NCBI GenBank assembly: GCA_002422865.1
Contig: DITN01000094.1
Coordinates: 12,661 to 76,660 of the forward strand
Length of the DNA: 64,000 bases
DNA from: Bacteroidetes bacterium UBA6183
GTDB lineage: Bacteria; Bacteroidota; Bacteroidia; UKL13-3
Reading direction: 5' to 3'
This document shows, piece after piece, positions 59,586 through 64,000 of the stretch. A program made the translations under genes and the position numbers. Numbering within the stretch: position 1 is the first letter of the stretch; each line of letters opens with the position of its first letter. The notes under the pieces are model-generated. The model worked only from the letters and a program-made list of their open reading frames with translations. It was not told the origin of the DNA and did not search any database.

Positions 59586-62501
59586 TTAGTAGTTTTGGTA
59601 GGGTAAAATAATGGTTACTAATGTTCCTAACGGGCGGTTTTGGCTATCCATTTTATCGGTAATATGTAATGATGCTCCGGTATTTCTTAGTTTGTTCATC
59701 AACTCAATTCTGGTTTGATTGGCCTCGGTTGAAAACGATTCGTGGTTCTGATTTTTTATGGCATTTAATTCTTGTGATCTTTTTCTACCAATACCATTAT
59801 CATCAACCATAATTTTTACTTGGCTAGTGCCATATAATTCAAATGATATGTTTATTGTTTTATTACCCACTTTGTGCAGCAAACCATGTTTTATGGCATT
59901 TTCAACATGTGGTTGAATAAGCATGGGCGGAAGTTTAACCGTTTCGTTCACAAGTTGATCATCTTGTGTAATGGTATATTCCAGCTCACCATCAAAACGC
60001 ATTTTTTCCAGTGAGAGGTAAAGATCTAACGATTTAATTTCTTCATCCAAATTCACCAAATCTTTATCAGACATTTCTAAAATACTGCGTGTTAGTTTCG
60101 AAAACTTATTTAAATAATTTGCTGCACTGGTTTTATCGTTGGTAAAAATATATCCCTGTATGGTGTTAAGTGCGTTATAAAAAAAATGCGGGTTCATTTG
60201 CGATTTAATGGATTTAAGTACCGACTTGTTTAACTCTTTTTCTAAATCGTAATTTAGTTTTAGCAGCACATTTCTTTTTTGGAGTATAGCAACTTGCCAG
60301 CGGTAAAATGAAATTACTATAGTTGCTGTGCAGCCTAAAACTATGGTAACAAACCACCACCGTTTCCACCATGGTTTTAATATAGTAAAGGTAAGTGTCG
60401 AAGACTCTAACACTTTATCGTTTACCATAAATTGTAAGTTATAATTTCCGGCATCAAGCGCTGCAAATTGCAACATACGCGAAGTAATGGGTAACTCAGC
60501 CCAACCACTGTTGTTTAATGAATAGTAAATTTTGTTTTGTGCTGCACCATTGTAATCCAACAGCACATAATTAATGGTAATGTTGTTTTTATCGTAACTA
60601 AGTACTTGGTTATTGAGTGATGTTGTTTTGCCATTAATACTAACATCATCAATTAAAAATTTTGGTACAATAGTATTGGTTTTTTGATGATTTATTGGAA
60701 TACTAATTACCCCATTTTTGGTAAGTAAATACAAGGTTTGGTTATCAAAACTTACATCGTTTAGCTCAGATGTTTTAATGATATAAATGGGTTTCGAAAT
60801 ACTCATTTCCGGACTGTTGGCATCAATCAAAACAATTTTGTTTTCACCAAATAAGCACAACAACGTATCGTTAAATAACTTAACTCCGGAAATGTTTGTG
60901 CAATGAATAGAAGTCAGCGCATTCAGTTTGGTAAATTCCCCCAACCCATTCAATTGATAAAATTCGCCCTTGGTATTTAATGCGTAGACTTTATGTTTTG
61001 TTGTAATAATTTTTTTGGCGAAAAATTTCTCACCACCCATTTTTACTTCAACTTGTTTTACCGGTGTTTGTTTAAATAGGCCAATATTGGTGCCGTAATA
61101 CAAACTGCTTGATGGTTTATGATAAGCAACTGTTTTAGCCCTGAAACCAATGGCTAATCTCTTGTATCCTTCATGCATACCATCTGGTAAAGTATGGAAC
61201 AAACTGTCCCAAGCATCATGAGTTTTGTTCTTCTTACTTTTGTACAATAAACATTGTGCACTCTCTGCAAATGCATATAAGTTATCGTTTATTTTACACA
61301 CTTCTTTAAGCGCATAAACTTGATTAATGGATGCTTGTGGTTTATTCAGATTAACAATGTCCATTCCTAACGAGGATGCAAATATTTTCTGTTCATCCTC
61401 ATCAAGGTATGCATAATAAATTGCAGTAGGCTTAAGTTGAGTAATTTTTTTCGCACGTGAAAGGGCTTTGTTATAGTAAAAAATTTCGCCATGTGTATTA
61501 AATATATAGTGCCCTACACCGGTACTTATTATTTTACTTGGTTCGTGATAAATTGGTGAGTAATTATTGAATATATCCTGTACAAAAATGATACCTTTAG
61601 ATAAAGTACTAATCCAATAGTTTCCTTGAAAGTCTCTGGAAACTGAAGTAATAATTTCGTTCTTAAACCAATGTGAAACCAGGTTGTTCTTTTCGTATAT
61701 TAACAAACCATTATTGCCATATACAGCATGCTTTCCGTTTATGATAGTTGTTCCATTTATACCGATAGGCAAGGGGGTTATCAATTTTGATACCCCATTA
61801 TTAATTTGATAATATATTAAGTGGTTCGCTTCATTATTTTTAACATATACAGCAACATCTTCATTTATGGTAGCAATAAATGGTTGTTTTTCTTTTGATA
61901 AGAAACCGAGCGAAGTAATTTTTCTTATGATAAGATCGTCACTTATTGAATATAACACAAAGTCTTCTATGTAATAATAGGCTCCATTTGTATAGTAACT
62001 GTTTTGTAAATTGATGAATGGCAGTTTGGGTTTGATGGTTTTAATCAACTTTAAAGTTTCTAAATCGAACACATCTATTCCTTTTGTTTGTAGTACAAAA
62101 AGATACTTTTTGCTTATTCCGATAGGGTTGTAATTTAAAGGTTGGTTTTGGTTTAAGTTTTTCAGTGAATCATTTTCTATATAATAACAATAGCCATCAA
62201 AGTTCTGGTACCATATTCTGCCAAATTTATCTTGTTTAATATCACTGCCGGGTACTGATGTTTGTTTGTCGTTATAGTATTTTTTAAATGAGTTACCATC
62301 ATACCGGCATAACCCATCTTCTGTGGCTAACCATGTAAATCCATTGGCATCATGAAAAACCTGATATACTGTATTAGAAGGCAAGCCTTGTTGCTCGGTA
62401 AGCCATATCGGATATGGTTCTTGACCTGTTACACTTAACGATAGGAAAAATAATAAAATGTATAAAGTAAACTTCATGAGCAATGAACAAATATATAGCA
62501 A
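59586..62501 (-). CDS. Sensor histidine kinase with periplasmic Y_Y_Y/beta-propeller sensor region and LytS/YehU-type His_kinase + HATPase domains
   Basis: 971 aa. Signal/TM, a long beta-propeller-like N-terminal region, a TM helix, 'MNPHFFYNALNTIQGYI' (PF06580 signature), and an ATPase 'DDNGIG'. Confidence 0.75.
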   Translation of the reverse strand: MLYICSLLMKFTLYILLFFLSLSVTGQEPYPIWLTEQQGLPSNTVYQVFHDANGFTWLATEDGLCRYDGNSFKKYYNDKQTSVPGSDIKQDKFGRIWYQNFDGYCYYIENDSLKNLNQNQPLNYNPIGISKKYLFVLQTKGIDVFDLETLKLIKTIKPKLPFINLQNSYYTNGAYYYIEDFVLYSISDDLIIRKITSLGFLSKEKQPFIATINEDVAVYVKNNEANHLIYYQINNGVSKLITPLPIGINGTTIINGKHAVYGNNGLLIYEKNNLVSHWFKNEIITSVSRDFQGNYWISTLSKGIIFVQDIFNNYSPIYHEPSKIISTGVGHYIFNTHGEIFYYNKALSRAKKITQLKPTAIYYAYLDEDEQKIFASSLGMDIVNLNKPQASINQVYALKEVCKINDNLYAFAESAQCLLYKSKKNKTHDAWDSLFHTLPDGMHEGYKRLAIGFRAKTVAYHKPSSSLYYGTNIGLFKQTPVKQVEVKMGGEKFFAKKIITTKHKVYALNTKGEFYQLNGLGEFTKLNALTSIHCTNISGVKLFNDTLLCLFGENKIVLIDANSPEMSISKPIYIIKTSELNDVSFDNQTLYLLTKNGVISIPINHQKTNTIVPKFLIDDVSINGKTTSLNNQVLSYDKNNITINYVLLDYNGAAQNKIYYSLNNSGWAELPITSRMLQFAALDAGNYNLQFMVNDKVLESSTLTFTILKPWWKRWWFVTIVLGCTATIVISFYRWQVAILQKRNVLLKLNYDLEKELNKSVLKSIKSQMNPHFFYNALNTIQGYIFTNDKTSAANYLNKFSKLTRSILEMSDKDLVNLDEEIKSLDLYLSLEKMRFDGELEYTITQDDQLVNETVKLPPMLIQPHVENAIKHGLLHKVGNKTINISFELYGTSQVKIMVDDNGIGRKRSQELNAIKNQNHESFSTEANQTRIELMNKLRNTGASLHITDKMDSQNRPLGTLVTIILPYQNY

Positions 62502-62708
62502 CTCTCATGTATTAGTGGTTTAAGTTTATGAAGTAATGTTTTACCTTTATGAAAACAGGTTTTGAGTTAGAATTAATTTCTAAATAGTAATGTATATCGG
62601 TATTACCAACTCATTTCATACTTTCATTTGTCCAAAAGGTTGTTTTATAAATCGAGTAATAATAAAAAAAGCATAGTGTCCAATTTTGAACCATTAATGC
62701 TTTAATTT

Positions 62709-64000
62709 ATGAAAAAAATAGGATTACTTTTAATGGGTGTATTTTATGCCATGGTTAGTTATGCGCAGTTGCCCGTAACCAATTGGCAAAACACTTTTGG
62801 TAACATTTCGGGTAATGCCCGTGTTACTGCAACTGCAACAGATATCAGCGGTAATGTGTATGTCGCAGGTTACTTTTTTGGCAGTGTTGATATGGATTTT
62901 GGTGTTGGGCAAGCCAACATTACTTCATCAGGGCAATACGATGCTTTTGTAGCTAAATATAATGCTTTTGGTGATTTTACTTGGGTAAGAAGAATTGGGG
63001 GTACATTAGGCGAACAAGTAAATGCCATTTTTTTAGATAACAGTGGAGGACTTCATGTAACGGGATTTTTTCAGGGAACTACCTCCATATTCGCGTCAAA
63101 CGGTACTTTTAACTTAACCTCGGTAGGTGGAGCTGATATTTTTATGCTTTATTTTGATGGTGCCGGTACTTTAATTCGTAATTTCAGAATTGGTGGTGTT
63201 GGTGATGAAAGTGGATTAGCCATAAAAGCGGATATTAACTCTAATGTTTATTTAGCCGGAACCATAGGAAGTGCCAACGTAAATTTCAATTTATATGGTG
63301 GTAGTCAATTAATATCATCAAGCGGTGCTTTAGATGGTTTTATTGCCAAGTATGATTTTTCATATGCTGCTCAGTGGGTGCAACGTGTAGGTGGTGGTGG
63401 TGCGGTTGATGATGCCATAAATGATTTAGATGTTGATGCTTCAGGCAATGCATACGTGGTAGGTACGTACAGAGGAGCTGTAACTTTTAGCGGTACTTCC
63501 ATAACCTTGGCCAATTCAGGAAACACAGACGCGTTTATATCAAAGTTAAATGGCTCGGGTACTTTTTTGTGGGCACGAAAAGTGGGTAGTACAGGAGCTG
63601 ATGCAATTAATAATATTAGGTTAAACGGAAAAGGTTCAGCCTATATAGCGGGTCATTTTTCAAATGCATGTAATTTAAACCCCAATGGTACTGCACAAAA
63701 CTTTACCAGTTTAGGCAGTACAGATATTTTTATTGCTAAAGTTGATACCAATTTGGCAACTGCCACTTGGATTAAACCGATGGGCGGAACAGGAAATGAT
63801 TTAATCTATGGATTGGCTATAGATACCAATGATAATGTTTACACTACAGGCCAGTTTGAAAATACAGCAGAGTTTCCTATTGGTACAAGCGGTTCGGCAA
63901 TTACAAGTATTGGTGTTACGGATGGCTTTGTTAGTAAACTAAACGCTCTTGGTAATTATGTTTGGAGTACCCGATTTGGTACTTCTGCAGCAGATTTGGG
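62709..64000 (+). CDS. Secreted SBBP (beta-propeller) repeat protein, partial (N-terminal 430 aa)
   Basis: Signal peptide MKKIGLLLMGVFYAMVSYAQ. Recurring 'DaF[IV]aK...G...W....GG...D.......D..GN.Y.[TA]G' SBBP-like repeats. The gene runs off the window end. Confidence 0.7.
   Translation, partial: MKKIGLLLMGVFYAMVSYAQLPVTNWQNTFGNISGNARVTATATDISGNVYVAGYFFGSVDMDFGVGQANITSSGQYDAFVAKYNAFGDFTWVRRIGGTLGEQVNAIFLDNSGGLHVTGFFQGTTSIFASNGTFNLTSVGGADIFMLYFDGAGTLIRNFRIGGVGDESGLAIKADINSNVYLAGTIGSANVNFNLYGGSQLISSSGALDGFIAKYDFSYAAQWVQRVGGGGAVDDAINDLDVDASGNAYVVGTYRGAVTFSGTSITLANSGNTDAFISKLNGSGTFLWARKVGSTGADAINNIRLNGKGSAYIAGHFSNACNLNPNGTAQNFTSLGSTDIFIAKVDTNLATATWIKPMGGTGNDLIYGLAIDTNDNVYTTGQFENTAEFPIGTSGSAITSIGVTDGFVSKLNALGNYVWSTRFGTSAADL

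Overview
This is an AT-rich Bacteroidetes-type chromosomal segment (Flavobacteriia/Sphingobacteriia-like). Type IX secretion (T9SS) C-terminal sorting domains ('YPNPTKDKITI...'), SprB-like giant adhesins with Ig-like repeats, TAnnTTTG-style promoters and tRNAs lacking encoded CCA support that placement. The window divides as follows.
(1) <1-7510: the 5' part of a giant minus-strand secreted adhesin-like gene containing tandem CUB-like coding repeats.
(2) 7655-7726: tRNA-Arg(CCT).
(3) 7700-32845: a ~25.1-kb integrative genomic island. It is bounded by an exact 29-bp direct repeat equal to the 5' end of the tRNA-Arg, with a second ~24-bp 'ACTGCTCAA' arm-type repeat just inside each end. It carries a tyrosine integrase, a ParB-like protein plus a ParB-DNA methyltransferase fusion, an RHH protein with two paralogous small ORFs, a minimal tyrosine recombinase, and a complete type I R-M operon (hsdM-X-Y-Z-hsdS-hsdR). 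Three uncharacterised, translationally coupled genes sit between hsdM and hsdS in that operon, one of them PD-(D/E)xK-like; this is the main candidate for a novel defence module. The island also carries umuD-umuC plus an SOS-response-associated peptidase, an HExxH protein, two paralogous LamG/T9SS cargo proteins, a lipoprotein, an OM beta-barrel protein, an XRE regulator, and a stand-alone SIR2_2-like protein whose conserved His is replaced by Asn. No relaxase or T4SS genes are present.
(4) 33026-38604: polysaccharide ABC exporter (Wzm/Wzt-like) and two large glycosyltransferases.
(5) 38858-38930: tRNA-Phe(GAA), with a tandemly duplicated terminator plus 3' tRNA fragment.
(6) 39065-42536: a membrane Fe-S protein and the selU(mnmH)-selD selenouridine pair.
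(7) 42541-58264: a minus-strand surface-protein cluster made of a SPOR-domain large protein, three small secreted proteins and a 3182-aa SprB-like T9SS adhesin with an internal segmental duplication.
(8) 58847-62501: a LytTR response regulator and a Y_Y_Y/LytS-type histidine kinase.
(9) 62709-64000: the start of an SBBP beta-propeller protein.
No CRISPR array and no rRNA were found.
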